The translations under genes were made by a program, and so were the position numbers. Below, one piece after another: positions 12,286 through 25,260 of a DNA stretch of 62,930 nt (the first letter of the stretch is position 1; every line of letters begins with the position of its first letter). The stretch covers positions 10,717,618 through 10,780,547 of the forward strand of contig NC_057716.1 in assembly GCF_004010195.1 (NCBI RefSeq). Direction: 5' to 3'. This stretch comes from Chiloscyllium plagiosum. Lineage: Eukaryota. Under the pieces are notes generated by a model. The model was given only the letters and a program-made list of their open reading frames with translations. It did no database searches and was not told the DNA's origin.

Positions 12286-14164
12286 ATGAAGCTCATGCTG
12301 GCCAGACATTTTTCTCCCAGGTCTTGGGGTTCTCTCCAGACCTCTAAGTGTACGGTCCACACTTTGCAGAGGTTGCTGTCCGGAGTTTTCACTGAAGACA
12401 CACTGAAATCCTTCATTTTCATCCTTTTACCTTATCTTCCCAAACTGTGGTGTTTTGCTGTTGTTGGTTCTCAACTCATCTGAGAGCAGTGTCTTGCCAC
12501 TATAGGCTCACTCTCAGGACACATTTAGGATTACCTCTTTACTCTTCCTCCAAATAAGGATTTCCCCCTAGTGTCATTCCTCAGAGCTCAGCCAGCTCAA
12601 ACTGGCTCAAGCCAGCAGCTAGGACTCAGGTAATTTCAGTTCACAGCTACTGTATTTATGTGTGAACAGCCTTTGGCCAACAAGAGGCTGCAGAAAAAAA
12701 GGGGAGCTGATCATAGAACAGGTCTGGAAACAGAGAATACTGAAATTTCAGCTGTAACTCCCAAACCGAGAAGTGATTCTTAAAAAAGGTGGTTTAAATC
12801 CCATATCCAACAAGGAAAAAGGCTTGGAAGATGGGACAACCATTACATAACTTCTGTTTCCAAAAGTAATCAATGATACAAGAGGACATTGGATGACTAT
12901 TTGAAAAACAGTAATATTTAAGGGTATGGGGTTATAGCAGGCGATTGGCATGGGTAATGACACTCATCTAACGAACCAATGCAGTCATGATGGCCTACCT
13001 CCATGATGCTGTATCTTGTATATCCCAGGCAAGTACAGACTATGAGCATGATAATGAGTTTTTGCTGGATGTATTGTGGGTTGTACAGATGCTACGTAGA
13101 TACCAAAGTGTTATCCCGAGTGAACCTGCACACTCCTGCCACACAATGTATTGGATGTCATCAAAGGTGCTTGTGTGTGGACAACGTCCTATGCCTGCCA
13201 GGAGTATGCAGTGCCCCCAGTCATAATGTTAATCAGTGGGTGACGCATTTTGAACCGAATATTCCAGATGGCCTCCTCTCCAACCCTCCCACAGATAAAA
13301 AGGAGCTAATTTCACCTTCAATAAGCTGAGATGCTTAGCTGTTCATCTTATTGCAGGCAGCATTAGCAAGTAACTTGCAAGAGTATGGGCAACAATTTAG
13401 CAGCCCCTGAATGAAGTGGGCCCAAGAGCGAAGGGTGTAAAACTTTGTAAGCTGGCCAACAAGGAGCTTCTCAAAATCAAGACCAAGAAATATAATTTTC
13501 TAATGAAGTGTTGAATATGATAATGAGATTCTCACTTGTGAGTGACGAGAGATCCATTTGCCATCATTAGCATGTACCAACATCTTTTATTAGTTAACAG
13601 TTGTTTCATTTATTTGCACTTGCCCATTGTCTCAGCCATTGGGTGAAGGTAGATGGTGATAATTGACAACATGAAAGTCAGAGTGGGTTATTTAGCAACT
13701 CCAACTCTCAGCCTGTTCCTCCATACCTCCATCTTGGACAACGCTCAACACCATAAGGACACACAGCCTATGATAATGTCCTGGTTCATACCAAAGTCAG
13801 GATTCACAAGTCATCGGGTATGAAGAGTTAAATATCAGGCTCCCTACCACCCATCTTAGCTTTTTCTCCCTGACTGTGAGTTGTTTTCTCCTGATTTGAG
13901 ACAAAGGGAGGGTTTGAGTGAACTGAGAATGGGTGGTACAGCTGTTAGTACTGGTGAATGTATGGAAAAGATGATGAGGTGCCTCGAGTGACTGAGAGGT
14001 CAGCCCTGAGGATACAGGGTTTGTAGTGCGGCAAGGGGGAGTATATTAGGTGAGAGCAAGTGAGAAGATGTTGAATGCAATATTGAGTGGAGGACCATGA
14101 GCAAGCACTAGGAGGTGGGAGGTAGGAGATGGGTGCAGTATCAAGAATAGAGTGAGGTAACAGA

Positions 14165-14365
14165 GAAAAGATGGTGCCAATTACTTTGATAGAACTGACC
14201 TTCTTCCTGCATTGCTGGGTACTTATCCATTCTGTGGAGACTGCACTGACCTCAGACCAGATGGGAAGGTTGGGTAAAGGGATGAGGCCTCTTTTGCAGC
14301 ATCACATTCACCAGGATCGCCAGGTCCCCATCCACAAAGCTGGGGCACCAATGCTTGCTTTTTGA
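14165..14365 (-). mobile_element. Myb/SANT-like ORF remnant of a PIF/Harbinger transposon
   Basis: Minus frames give CPSFVDGDLAILVNVMLQKR and WSEVSAVSTEWISTQQCRKK, resembling MSANTD-type domains. Confidence 0.5.
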
Positions 14366-14546
14366 CTGGGTATATAATGGCATTTTAAATGGAGTGCCCA
14401 TGCTGGGAATTGCATGATGTGCCAATAGTGGCAATTATTTTGGTGTGCAGTGCATGGAAGAATAAGTAGAGCAGGTCGCTGTTAAGGCATTGTCCGTCAT
14501 CAATGAGGATGATAGTGCAAGAAAACTTGCTAGGTCTTGTGGAAAG

Positions 14547-15190
14547 CGAGAGTTAAAAAGGGTGACGCTGGAAAAGCACAGCCGGTCAGGCAGCATCTGA
14601 GGAGCAGGAGAGTTGACACTTCAGGCATAAGCCCTTCATCAGGAATGGGGGGATGAGGAGGTGTGGGGAAAGGGGGCTGAGAGACAATAGGGGTTGGGGG
14701 AGAGGCCAGGGGAAAAGTTGGTGGGAAGTCGAGAAGTGGATGCAGGTGAAGATTAATTGTGATAGGTTGGTGGGGAGAATGGAGCTGATAAGTAGGAAGG
14801 AAGATGAACAGGTAGGACAGGTCAAGAGGACGATGTTGATATCTCCTGCCCCACCTCATCCCAGATCCAACCCTCCAACTCAGCACGGCCCTGTGGCACT
14901 GTTCTACCTGTCCATCTTCCTCCCCACCTGTCTGCTCCGCCCTCCCCACTCGCCCTATCACAATTATCCCCCACCTTCATCTATATATCACATTGCCAGC
15001 TACCTTCTCCTTAGCCCAACCCCACACTCCTTTTTATCTCTTAGCCCCCTTCCCCCACCTGCCACATCCTGATGAAGGACTTATGCCCAAAACGTCAACT
15101 CTTCTGCTCCTCAGATGCTGCCTGACCTGCTGTGCTTTTCCAGCGCCACACTTTTCAACTCTGACTCTCCAGCACCTACAGTCCTCACTT
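14547..15190. mobile_element. Inverted pair of Penelope-like 3' ends
   Basis: 14547-~14835 is the approximate reverse complement of ~14880-15160; both arms match the 3' part of the GIY-YIG element at 34115-34910. Confidence 0.8.
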
Positions 15191-16849
15191 CCTCTTACCC
15201 TGTGGAAAGTGAGCCTCAATGAAGTATGCATTGGCTTTGGGACTCAGGGCACTGCTGCTAAATTCAAGGCACCTTTGCAACCCCATACAGATGATGAATC
15301 CTTGTTCTCAGCCATTAATGATTATGTCAGACTGCAAAGACAGGCACAGGAACATCAGAAACGCTCGACAGAGGCATTTACACGAAGTACAGAGGGGTTT
15401 ACCAAATATTATCAGTAGAGTGTTGACTTCAGCTGGCATGGATCTGGCAGTCTGCATGGACAGGTTGGCAATCACCTGGGAAAGCCAAGTCGAGCGCACT
15501 CAGTGTCTGCTGAATATGTTATGTAGAGGACATTGTCAAAGAGCTGCTCTCCATTAGACAGGCCATAGTCACTCAATATCACTGCTAAGTTGGGAGTGGG
15601 ACTGTGAACTTCAGTCTCACTCCAGATGCCCCTTTTTTCTCATGGTAGTGCTGACAGAGTGGGGGAGGAGTGACGCACAGGTTCCCCCAGTGCTTTTTTT
15701 CAGAACACTCTGCCAAGTGCTACCTTCAGTGCCACCTCAACCCTCCCTGTGATCTGAAAGCCTGCAGCACTTCAAACAAAGGAGGGTGAGCCTGCATCTA
15801 GGTAGGTGACTCTCAGCAAAAGCGAGCTGTCTAGGCCCAGAGGCACCAGGAGCCCCGACTGCCCAAATCTACCAATCCAACAGGGTCAACCATAGTGCAT
15901 GTTCCCTCCAACCTAGTGCAGATGTCAGAGCTGCACTTAGTCATAGTAAGAGGGCGAAGATGGAAAAAGGACACTGAGGGCATGGAGGCGGCATGTCCGT
16001 GGATAATCTCAAAATATCAGGATTCTTGCACATGAAGGACTGCTGCCAAGTCATTGTAATTTAATATGTACACCACTTAAATTTTGTGCTATAGGCAGAA
16101 ATGGACCAGATTCACACATTATTCCACATCTTATGAGTGAGAGTACTGAGGATTCTACATATCTTTGTTTATTCTGTTTATCATTCAGTAACATTCAGTG
16201 CTCTTTCATAATACATTGCCTGCTAAGAAACCATGCACAAAGTGTTGCCTCTCGCAGGTTCATAGTTGCTGCGAATGCATTTCAGGACAACTAAGCATTC
16301 TACATGCACTCTAAAGCAATGAAGTACCCTTGATTATGGTCAAAAGGAGATAGATAAGGATTTCCCTCAACCTGCTGACTAACCTGAGAGAGTTCACTTA
16401 AAGCCATGTGATTGCACTGTCTGACAGACTGCTGCTATTTCTCTAATGGCCATTGAGAAATGATGTCTGCACGTACATTAAAGTAGGATCATCCAAAGAT
16501 ATCAAGCATTCAATGACATGAATAAAAAGACATTTACTCAATAACACAAAAGGTCAAGGACTGCAAAAACAAGAAGGTCCATATGACCTTTACAGTCTGT
16601 TTCCCAGATTAAGAAGAGAATGTTAAACAATTAAACAAAGTCCAAGCCCAGTCTTTCATCTTCACTAATGTTCTTTCTGGCCTGTTGAATTCGATGATGC
16701 ATGTCTCTTATTGTCCTCCTTGGAAAGCCCTCCTTGTCAATGTCGTGATCCTCGGTCTCATCTTTATCCTCAAAGGACTGCCCTCAATCTTTGATTTCTG
16801 TTGCATCTTCTTTTTGCTGGCTCCAGCTGATGAAGGGTACAGCATGGTT

Positions 16850-17620
16850 CAAAGAAACAGGATACATTCAGCTATATCACAAGGCCAGCTGGTGTACCCC
16901 AGGCATCAAAACCTCAGCATAAGGGTCTGTTCCACTATAGCGTTATTGGGAGAGGTGTATCGTAGAACAGTGAAGAGCCATGTTTGGAAGGGGAAGGCAC
17001 AGTTCCCCAACAGCCACTCCTGTATGGCCTGGGCACCTAGAAAGGGGGCAGGAAACTAGTGAGCTCTCTAATATGCAAGGGTCTGGGCAACCCCCAGGAT
17101 ATCTGACAAAGACCCACAGAATGTGGCATATTTATGACATATCAAGGGTCGCATATAATTTGATCATTCACAGAGTGCAATCTTTCTTGATTGACATCAT
17201 CTACAAGTTGGTGCTAGGCACTCCCAAAGGAGCATGGGTGCAGTTGAATGCAACAATGGGGGACACTCACAAAGTGGAGAATTTCAAAACCCCGAGCTGC
17301 TTGACTCTCACTATCACAGGGGATCACCGTGAAGAGCTGTGCTCTGGAGAAAGTGGCACCTATTCCATCCCGGATGCATTTATTGGTTAGGAATGTATTG
17401 CTGCAGCTCTGGTCCCCAGTTACATGCTGAAGTAAGCTCCTGACAGAAACATTAAGGGGATCCAAGATTGTGACGTGCACAGCGGCCAGGACGAGAACAT
17501 GGGTCAGACCTTCTGAGCACAAGTCATCATCCTTCAGATTAAGTTGTTCGGGCATGATGGGGTCGGACAGTCTTAATTGGTACCCAGCAGGCCACTGCAT
17601 TGTACCAATCATTACAAAGT
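16850..17620 (-). mobile_element. PIF/Harbinger (HARBI1-like) DDE transposase remnant
   Basis: Frameshifted minus-strand peptides NKCIRDGIGATFSRA, SQAARGF, FNCTHA, VRYPGGCPDPCILESS, WLLGN..FP..WLFT and IVEQTL follow HARBI1 motif order. Confidence 0.7.
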
Positions 17621-18284
17621 CTCATCAAAGATATGACACTGGCTGGATTACACAGCATCGACCTAGATACCAGAAAAGACAATGGCAGAAACAGCCCTGT
17701 CATCCTTGCGAAGTCCTCCTTACAAACATCAGGGTGCTAGTGCCAAAATTGAGAGAGCTCTCTCACAGACTAGTCATATTCATGGTATCATACCTGACTG
17801 ACAACATCCTAGAACTACCATCACCACCCCTGAATTTCTCTGGTCTCATTGGGCTGGTCAGACACAGCAGAGATGGCAGCACGGTGGCATACAGTCAGAA
17901 GGGAGTTGCCGTTGGAGTCCTCAACAGTGATTCTGAAGCCTATGAAGTCTCATGGATTCAGGTGAAAGATGGGCAAGGAAAGCTCTTGCTGAGTACTACA
18001 TACCGACCTCCCTCGGCTTATGAATTGGAACTCCTCTATGTTCAACAAAACTTTGATGAAATACTGAGGGAGGTAAGGACTTAATCTGGGTGGGGCAGAG
18101 CAACAGTATTACTGATTGAGCTGGTTAGGTCCTAAAGGACATAACTGCTAGACTGGGTCTGTGGCAGGTGGAAGGGATCAACAAGAGAGAAAAACATACC
18201 TGGTCTCATCTTTACCAATCTGCCGGCTGCAGGTGTATCTGTCAATGACAGTCTTGGTAAGAGTGACCACAACACAGTCTTTGT

Positions 18285-18843
18285 TGTTATGGACCAGGCC
18301 AGACCCCCTCAAAATATTTTAAGAAGGTAGCCTAACATTTTCTTATTTTAAAGGCAATGGTTATTCCAGGTGTGATGCAGCAAAACAGAATTTATTGAAA
18401 CACTACAGTTGAAACATGAACAAAAGTAAATGGAATTTAGAATATCATAAGTATTGGAATCTTAACTGACCTGACACAGCAACTGAACTAAGGAGCTGTT
18501 CCAATCCAGTAACATCCCAAACACACCCCTTGGCAAAAGATACATTCTAACACAGATTCTTACAGGCAGGAAAGATTTTAGAGAGAGAAGTCAGTCAGGG
18601 ATTATCTGCTGATGCATGGAAACCTTTTGCACTACACAGCTTCTGCGACAGCTATACCAGCAGCTTCTCACTGTTACAACTCAATTGGTCCAGAAAAAAC
18701 CTGAACTGGGAGAACTGGCCACTCCCATGCCATTGTTAAACTAGGCTCTTGCCCAGATATTTCGGCATCGCTGCCTTCACAGATTGTCTTGAAAAAAAAA
18801 CCCAAGGGCAAGATAACCTTTTTAAAGTGATAGCATCGTTGCA
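18285..18843 (-). mobile_element. Solo LTR (559 bp)
   Basis: TG...CA termini, 4-bp flanks ttgt/ctgt, AATAAA on - at 18391-18396; the host LINE resumes on both sides. Confidence 0.7.
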
Positions 18844-19510
18844 CTGTGGAGTCAAAGTCTTGTCTTCACATTGGAAATTACCTCAATTGTGTAGAGTGGC
18901 ACTATCACCATGCTGAGTGGGACAGACTTTGAACAGGTCTAGCAACTCAAGACGGAGTGTCTATGAGGCACTGTGGGCCATCAACAGCAGCAAAATTGTA
19001 CTCCAGCAGAATCTGTAACCTCATTCCCTGGCATAAACCCCACTCAACCATTACCATCAAGCCAGGGGATCAACCCTGGTTCAATGAGAGTGCAGGAGCA
19101 GCACCAGGCATACCTAAGATTTAGATGTCAATCTGGTGAAGCTACCAAACACGATTACTTGCATGCCAAACCACATTAGCAGCAGATGGACAGAGCTAAG
19201 TGATCCTACAACTAAGAGATCAGATGTAAGCTCTGCAGTCCTGGTGTATCCAATCTTGAATGGTGGTGGATAATTAAACAACTCACTGGAGGAGGAAGCT
19301 CCATAAATAACTCCATCCTTGATGATGGAAGAGTCTGACACATCAGTGCAAAAGCTATGGCTGAAGTATTCACAGCAACTTTCAGCGAGAAGTGCTGAGT
19401 GGATGATCTACCTCAGCCTCCTCCAGTGATTCCCCAGCATTACAGATGTCAGTCTTCAGCCAACTTGTTTCACTCCATGTGTTATCAAGAAACAGTTGGA
19501 GGAACCGGAT

Positions 19511-19826
19511 TTAGATTAGATCACTTACAGTGTGGAAACAGGCCTTTCAGGCAAACAAGTCCACACCAACCCTCCGAAGAGCAACCCACCCAAGACCTAT
19601 TCCCCTACATTTACCCCTTCACCTAACACTACGGGCAATTTAACATGGCCAATTCACCTAACCTGCACATTTTTGGACTGTGGGAGGAAACTGGAGCACC
19701 CGGAGGAAACCCACACAGACACAGGGAGAATGTACAAACTCCACACAGACAGTTGCCTGAGGCAGGAATTGAACACGGGTCTCTGGCGCTGTGAGGTATC
19801 AGTGCTAACCACTGTGCCACCGTGCC
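19511..19826 (-). mobile_element. HE1/V-SINE-type SINE
   Basis: Near-identical to 8982-9299. Confidence 0.9.
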
Positions 19827-20663
19827 GTGCAAAGGCTGTGGGTCCTGATAACATTCTGGCAATTGTACCAAAAGCTTGTGATCCAGAATTCGTGCTCCCC
19901 TAGCCAATCTCTTCCAGCACAGTTACAGTGTTGGCACACACAGAGCAATGTGGAAAATTGCCCAGGTACACACTATGTACAAAAGGCAGGACAAATCTAA
20001 CCAGGCCAATTACTGCCCTATCAGTCTATTCTCGCTCATCAGTAAAGTAATGGAAGGTGTCACTGCTAGCAGACATAAATAGACAGTATGCCCCAGGCCT
20101 TTAGAGGATCTTGTCAAGTCTTTTGCCTCATTGAAAACCCAGGTTAATTTCAATCGAATATATGTCAGAAGTAAGTATTCTTAGATATGAAAGGAGATAC
20201 TTAAAAACTGAACTGTTTGACTTGCTGCAAGACGTGACACTGAAGGCATGTTACAAGAGAATGTTGAGATAAGTCATGTAAGTGTGCTTTGAAACATGCT
20301 TCAACAAAAACAATACCCTTCTCTGTCATTCTTGGCCAAAAAATATTCTTTCTCTTTTTGTAGGCCCAGGTATATAGGCAAAACAACCGTCAGTTCGTTA
20401 AAATTTATAAAGAGCAAAAACAGAGTCTGACTTACTAATGTACACTTGGACCAGCTACTTAGTGCAAAAAACAGCAGCAACAAAATAAGGTAGCAATCAG
20501 ATTGGTTCCGTCCATCAACATCAAATAAATATGAGTTGATAGTTATATGTTTTTATTCCAACTAATAAGTAAATATCTTTCTTGAGAATTTATCTCTTTT
20601 AAAAACTAAACACCTTTTTAAATAAAGACAATGCATCAAATCCAAAATTTTATGATTTGCAAG

Positions 20664-20832
20664 AGGCAGTGTTGGACTGGGATGTACAAAGTTAAAAATA
20701 ACACAACACCAGGTTATAATCCAACAGGTTTATTTGGGGGTACTAGCTTTTGGTGCACTGCTCCTTCCTTCTGTCTGACCATTCGGCAAAGGAGAAGCGC
20801 TCCAAAAGTTAGTGCGCCCAAATAAACCTGTT
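20664..20832. mobile_element. Second-family Penelope-like mini-element forming a hairpin
   Basis: aacaggtttatttgg...ctcctt and aaggag...ccaaataaacctgtt are inverted arms; related to 55940-56060 and 58290-58427. Confidence 0.6.
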
Positions 20833-21119
20833 AAAGTATTTTTAGCATTCTATGTGCAGTCCTATTTTAATATCCCAGTTGAGTCTCGCTGTTTTCCTGT
20901 TGAATGTCACTGATCTATCTGAATAGCTGTCGAAATGAACAGTCACTGTTTTAAATAAAAAGGTTCTGGTGAAGAATCTTGCCTTGCTATGTATTTTGCA
21001 TTTTCAATGTCATGGGGAATATTTTCCATAGTTTATCATAGTTTCAAGACTGTTGGATGTCTGAGGTGGCAGTGCACAAATATAAAATCCAAAGAAAAAT
21101 CAGTTCTATTGCTAGCACT

Positions 21120-21130
21120 TTTATTTTATT
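21120..21130 (-). terminator. Polyadenylation signal(s), copy 2
   Basis: Overlapping AATAAA motifs about 45-50 nt after the stop codon. Confidence 0.7.
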
Positions 21131-21173
21131 TCAGAATATTTCAGCATAACAGAATATAGTTTTCAACAAGGAA

Positions 21174-22922
21174 TTAGAAATCCCTCATGCGCCTGAAAGA
21201 TCCAATTGTTGCATTGTAACCCCCCCAGTCACTGTATCTTCTGTATTCGCCAGGCCTCATGAAGTACTGTCGCCCTCTGTAGTTGGGATGTTCATAGAAG
21301 ATCCAGTAACCGTCCATCACATGGCAGGAGTGGATGTCACGGTAACGGAAACGGTCGTAGACAGATGGACAGTCATCCATGAATTCCATCATCTGCCCTC
21401 CAAAGTCAGGCCTCTCGTAAATCCTCATTCTGTAGGAGCCTCCTCGGTACTACAACATAAAATGTAAAACTTTCACAATGCAGCTATAAACATGCACATG
21501 AAGTATATTGAAAACAGTTTCAAGATTATAACACTCCAGAACAAGTATATTTATCAATGACTTGGACTTGGGTCTATGAGACACAAGTTCAAAGTGTGTA
21601 GCTGACACAAGCCTGTGAAGCATAGGGGGCCATGAGAAGAATTGTGATAGACCTCAAAGGAATATAAGCTGATGTAATAAGTGGTCATGTGGCATATGAA
21701 ATTGAGCAAAGCAACATATGAAGTCATGCACTGTGGAAGGAAGAATGAGAAATGGCAATCTAAACTTAAGGTATAACTCTCAAGGAGGTGAAGAATAATG
21801 ATAGCACAATTTGTGGAAGGTGGCTCAAAAGGTTGATGATGTGGTTAAAAAGACGAACAGGCTCCATGACATTATAAATCACAGAACATAAAAGCAAAAA
21901 GGTTGTGATAAATAAAACATTAATCTGGTTTCAGTTGAATTACATGTCTAATACTTGACACCAGGCTTTAGGAAAAGTGTGAACATGCAGACAAGTTTTA
22001 TGAGAATTGTTCCGGGATGAAAGACTTATTAACTGTGGACTGATTAGCCATGGATAGTCAAACATTGTTCTATTGAGGGAAGTGAATGATGAGAGATATT
22101 TGATAGAGGTATTCAAAACCATGAGATGTCTAGACAGTGTTTCTGATTAGAAACTGTTCCCATTACTGAAAAGTGGTTCTATGGTTCTGTAATGCTCAAC
22201 AAGTATGCTTAAAGTCAAAGAGTGTGATGCTGCAAAAGCACAGCTGGTCAGGCAGCGTCTGAGGAGCAGGATAATTTCAAGCATAAGCCCTTCCTGATGA
22301 AGTGTAGTTCAAATATGGATTTGTCACTCATGACAGTCAATGGAAATGACAATAATTGTGCCTCAATTGATATAGAAACATAGATTACATCAACAGGACT
22401 AACCCATTTGGTCCTTTAAGCCTGGTCCACTATTCAATATAAACATGAAAACATAATTTATGAAGGAGCTCCAAATGTATTTTATAAAAAACAGTAATTA
22501 TTCACACACCATAAATCATATCAGTAGATGTTCTGAGACAGATAATTAGCACGTATTTCTAACTTACTTGTGGGTAACTGCGACATGACCTGACACAGTC
22601 ATTGAATCCCATCCAGCGCTGGTAGTCAGGATATTCTCCCCTGGTCAGAACATACTGGTATCCCACGTAATTGGGTTTCTCATACAGCACCCACCAGTCA
22701 CTCTCAACACGGATGGAGTTACAGCGGCTGAAGTAAGGGGACAGGTCAGCACAGTCACTGCTGCACTCATAGTGCCGCCCCTGGAAGTTCCTGTCCTCAT
22801 AAAAGATGATCTGTGGGAAATAAAATTACACAAGAGATTTCATACTTTCATAACTTTGAGGATTCTTAGAAAATGTTATGAGCTAAGTTTAAAGTTATAC
22901 AAGTTAACCGTACCTTGCCCAT
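21174..22922 (-). CDS. cryg: Gamma-crystallin copy 2, 175 aa; join(22914-22922, 22568-22810, 21174-21449)
   Basis: Same exon sizes (9/243/276), GT-AG introns and open frame. Private NYVG (others NYMG) and [17 protein letters not shown]. Confidence 0.96.
21555..22170 (+). mobile_element. Degraded CR1 fragment in intron 2 of copy 2
   Basis: INDLDLG...SK..ADT remnant and gatatttgatagaggtattcaaaaccatgaga ([10 protein letters not shown]-like). Confidence 0.65.
22218..22302 (-). mobile_element. Penelope-derived short element
   Basis: aaaagcacagctggtcaggcagc...gcataagcccttc matches the family. Confidence 0.6.
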
Positions 22923-22983
22923 TTTGAGCTTTAAAGCTAATTAAACAAGCACCTGGGATGTAGCACTGTCCTATCCAGCTCAA

Positions 22984-23172
22984 TATTTATACACTGGACT
23001 AAAATGCCACTGTAGGGAATACTTTTGTTAGTCTAATAGCTTTCAACAGCGCATATCAGCAAAATGACAAATTATAAAAAAACCTGCCATTGCAGACAAA
23101 ATCCCCTTATTCAGGTTTATTGATAGGACAATGATTCTTTTCATTCTGCTTTGATGCTGCTTTCATTGTTCA
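22984..23172 (-). promoter_or_regulatory. Copy 2 proximal promoter (TATA, SOX-like, half-MARE)
   Basis: TATAAATA at 22984-22991, tcagca at 23056-23061; colinear with the copy 1 promoter. Confidence 0.7.
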
Positions 23173-23577
23173 CGAAATATTTCAATGGCAAACTGGCAAT
23201 TCATTTATGATGCGTCGAGTAAAGGTATTATTGACATGCAGTTGGTCTCCCTTGCATCATTGTGATGCTCCATTACAGAACATGGATGGTGGACAATGTG
23301 AGGATGTTTCTGGCTCAGTGTATCAACTGCCGTTTTTGAAGTGGGCTGTCCATGATTATGCATTATGTTTACCTGAAATATGCAGAGTAAGCAGAACAAG
23401 ATGCTAATCACTCATTTGACAGAATGCTGGTGTGAATTTCCACCAATAGGGTATTTTAGTTTATGCGGTAATGCCAACATTATCACCTGTAGCATTAAAA
23501 AAACTCGAATATAATAATATTGAAGAAACCAAAAGACAACTTTAGCACAACTAACGTGCATGTACAAAAGTTACATT

Positions 23578-24824
23578 TTTTTAAATTTCAAAAATATACT
23601 TTATTCATAAAATTATTTAATATCTATAAAATTGGTGATGTCATACATATGTATACATTCCATTTCTTTACATACCGAGATCGAAATTAATCATTCATAT
23701 GTACAAATCTGTACATTGACTATCCAGCTATTCTACTGAGGCATCAGTGGAGCCCTATTAATGGGTGGGCCGCCCGTTCTTCTCAGGCAGGCAGACCTTA
23801 TATGGTGGTCTTTCCCCATCGCGCCTTGGCGGCAGCTGCCCCAAGCTTTAGCGCATCCCTCAACACGTAGTCCTGGACCTTGGAATGTGCCAGTCTGCGA
23901 CCCTCAATCGGGGTCAACTCCTTCAGCTGGAAGATCAACAGGTTTCGGACAGACCAAAGAGTGTCTTTCACCAAGTTGATGATCCTCCAGGCACAGTTGA
24001 TGTTCGTCTCGGTGTGCGTCCTGGGGAACAGACCATAGAGCATGGATTCCCGCATTACGGAGCTGCTCAGGATGAACCTCGACAAACCCTACTGCATTCC
24101 TCTCCAGACTTCCTTTGCATAGGCACATTCCAGAAGGAGGTGTGTGACAGTCTCGTCTCCCACGCAGCTGCTTCGAGGGCAGTGTGCGGTGTGGGAGAGA
24201 GTCCGGGCGTGCATAAAGGATCTCACAGGCAGAGCCCTTCTCACCACCAACCAAGTCATTTCTTGTTGCTTGTTGGAAAGTTCTGGCGGTGAGACATTCT
24301 GCCAAATGACTTTGACAGTCTGCCCAGGGAACCGCTCGATAGGATCCGCCCTCTCCTTTTCCCGAAGGGTCTCAAGGACACCACGTGCTGACCACTTCCT
24401 GATGGACTTGTGGTCAAAGGTGTTTTTCTTCATAAATTTCTCCACGAAGGACAGCTGATATGGAACGGTCCAACTACTCGGAGCGTTCCGCGGCAGCGAG
24501 GCCAGGCCCATTCTTTGCAACACCGGGGACAGGTAGAACCTCAGTACGTAGTGACACTTGGCGTTTGGGTACTGGGGATCCAAGCACAACCTGATGCACC
24601 ACACACAAAGGTGGCCATTAGGGTAAGGGTGGCATTGGGCATGTTTTTTCTCCCATTGCCCAGATCTTTATACATGATGTCTCTTCAGACCCGGTCCATC
24701 TTTGATCTCCACATGAAGTGGAAGATGGCCCGGGTGGCTGCGGCAGCACAGGTTCTGGGAATAGGCCAGATCTGTGCCACATATAACAACACTGACAGTA
24801 CCTCACACCCGATGACCAGGTTTT
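23578..24824 (-). mobile_element. Tx1/L1-clade LINE, 5'-truncated, with polyA and ~19-bp TSD
   Basis: ORF2 C-terminus with zinc knuckle CPRSSC..DETVTHLLLEC; AATAAA and an A-tail at the 3' end; TSD catgtacaa(a/t)agttacatt at 23559-23577 and 24825-24843. Confidence 0.9.
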
Positions 24825-25045
24825 CATGTACAATAGTTACATTCCTCAGGCGCAGAATGTCTGGGCTAATATCAAACAATCTGACTATAACGCTTCAAAT
24901 GCTCTAAGTTAGGATGACTGTTATATCTTTGGGTTACAATACTGTGGTGATATAAGCATGTCCCTTAAAGTTGTACTGACATGCTAATCATGAGACAAAG
25001 CACAACATCCCATTTTTCCAAAGATAAAAATCTATCCTGAACAAA

Positions 25046-25260
25046 TACAGGTTGTTTTGCTATAATGTGCGCTCTGTTAATGCAAATTCACAATAACACA
25101 ATTGACAAATGGGGACCAAACATGAGTTTTTAAAGCGTGGATTGGTTATAACATGATTCCAGCCCCATTAGTTTCAATGGTGAGGCTACTATGAGGTTTT
25201 CTTATAACACAGGATTGCACAAGATCAGAACTGCTGCATTATAGCACAACCGACTGTATA
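25046..25260. mobile_element. Possible Tc1/mariner (Tigger-like) MITE
   Basis: Imperfect TIRs tacaggttgttttgctataatg and cattatagcacaaccgactgta with TA flanks. Confidence 0.45.

Larger units (their letters stand above)
17700..20065 (+). mobile_element. Non-LTR retrotransposon ORF2 (APE endonuclease to RT start), interrupted by a solo LTR and a SINE
   Basis: LTNIRVL...EVSWIQVK...TTYRPPS (endonuclease), KSDH, and KAVGPDNI...WKIAQV...NYCPISL..ISKVMEGV (RT start). Confidence 0.85.

Noticed and set aside
22645-22833. Recurrent alternative-frame ORF ([18 protein letters not shown]) in copies 1-4
   Set aside because: It is a shifted frame of the near-identical exon 2, with starts in non-conserved intron sequence.
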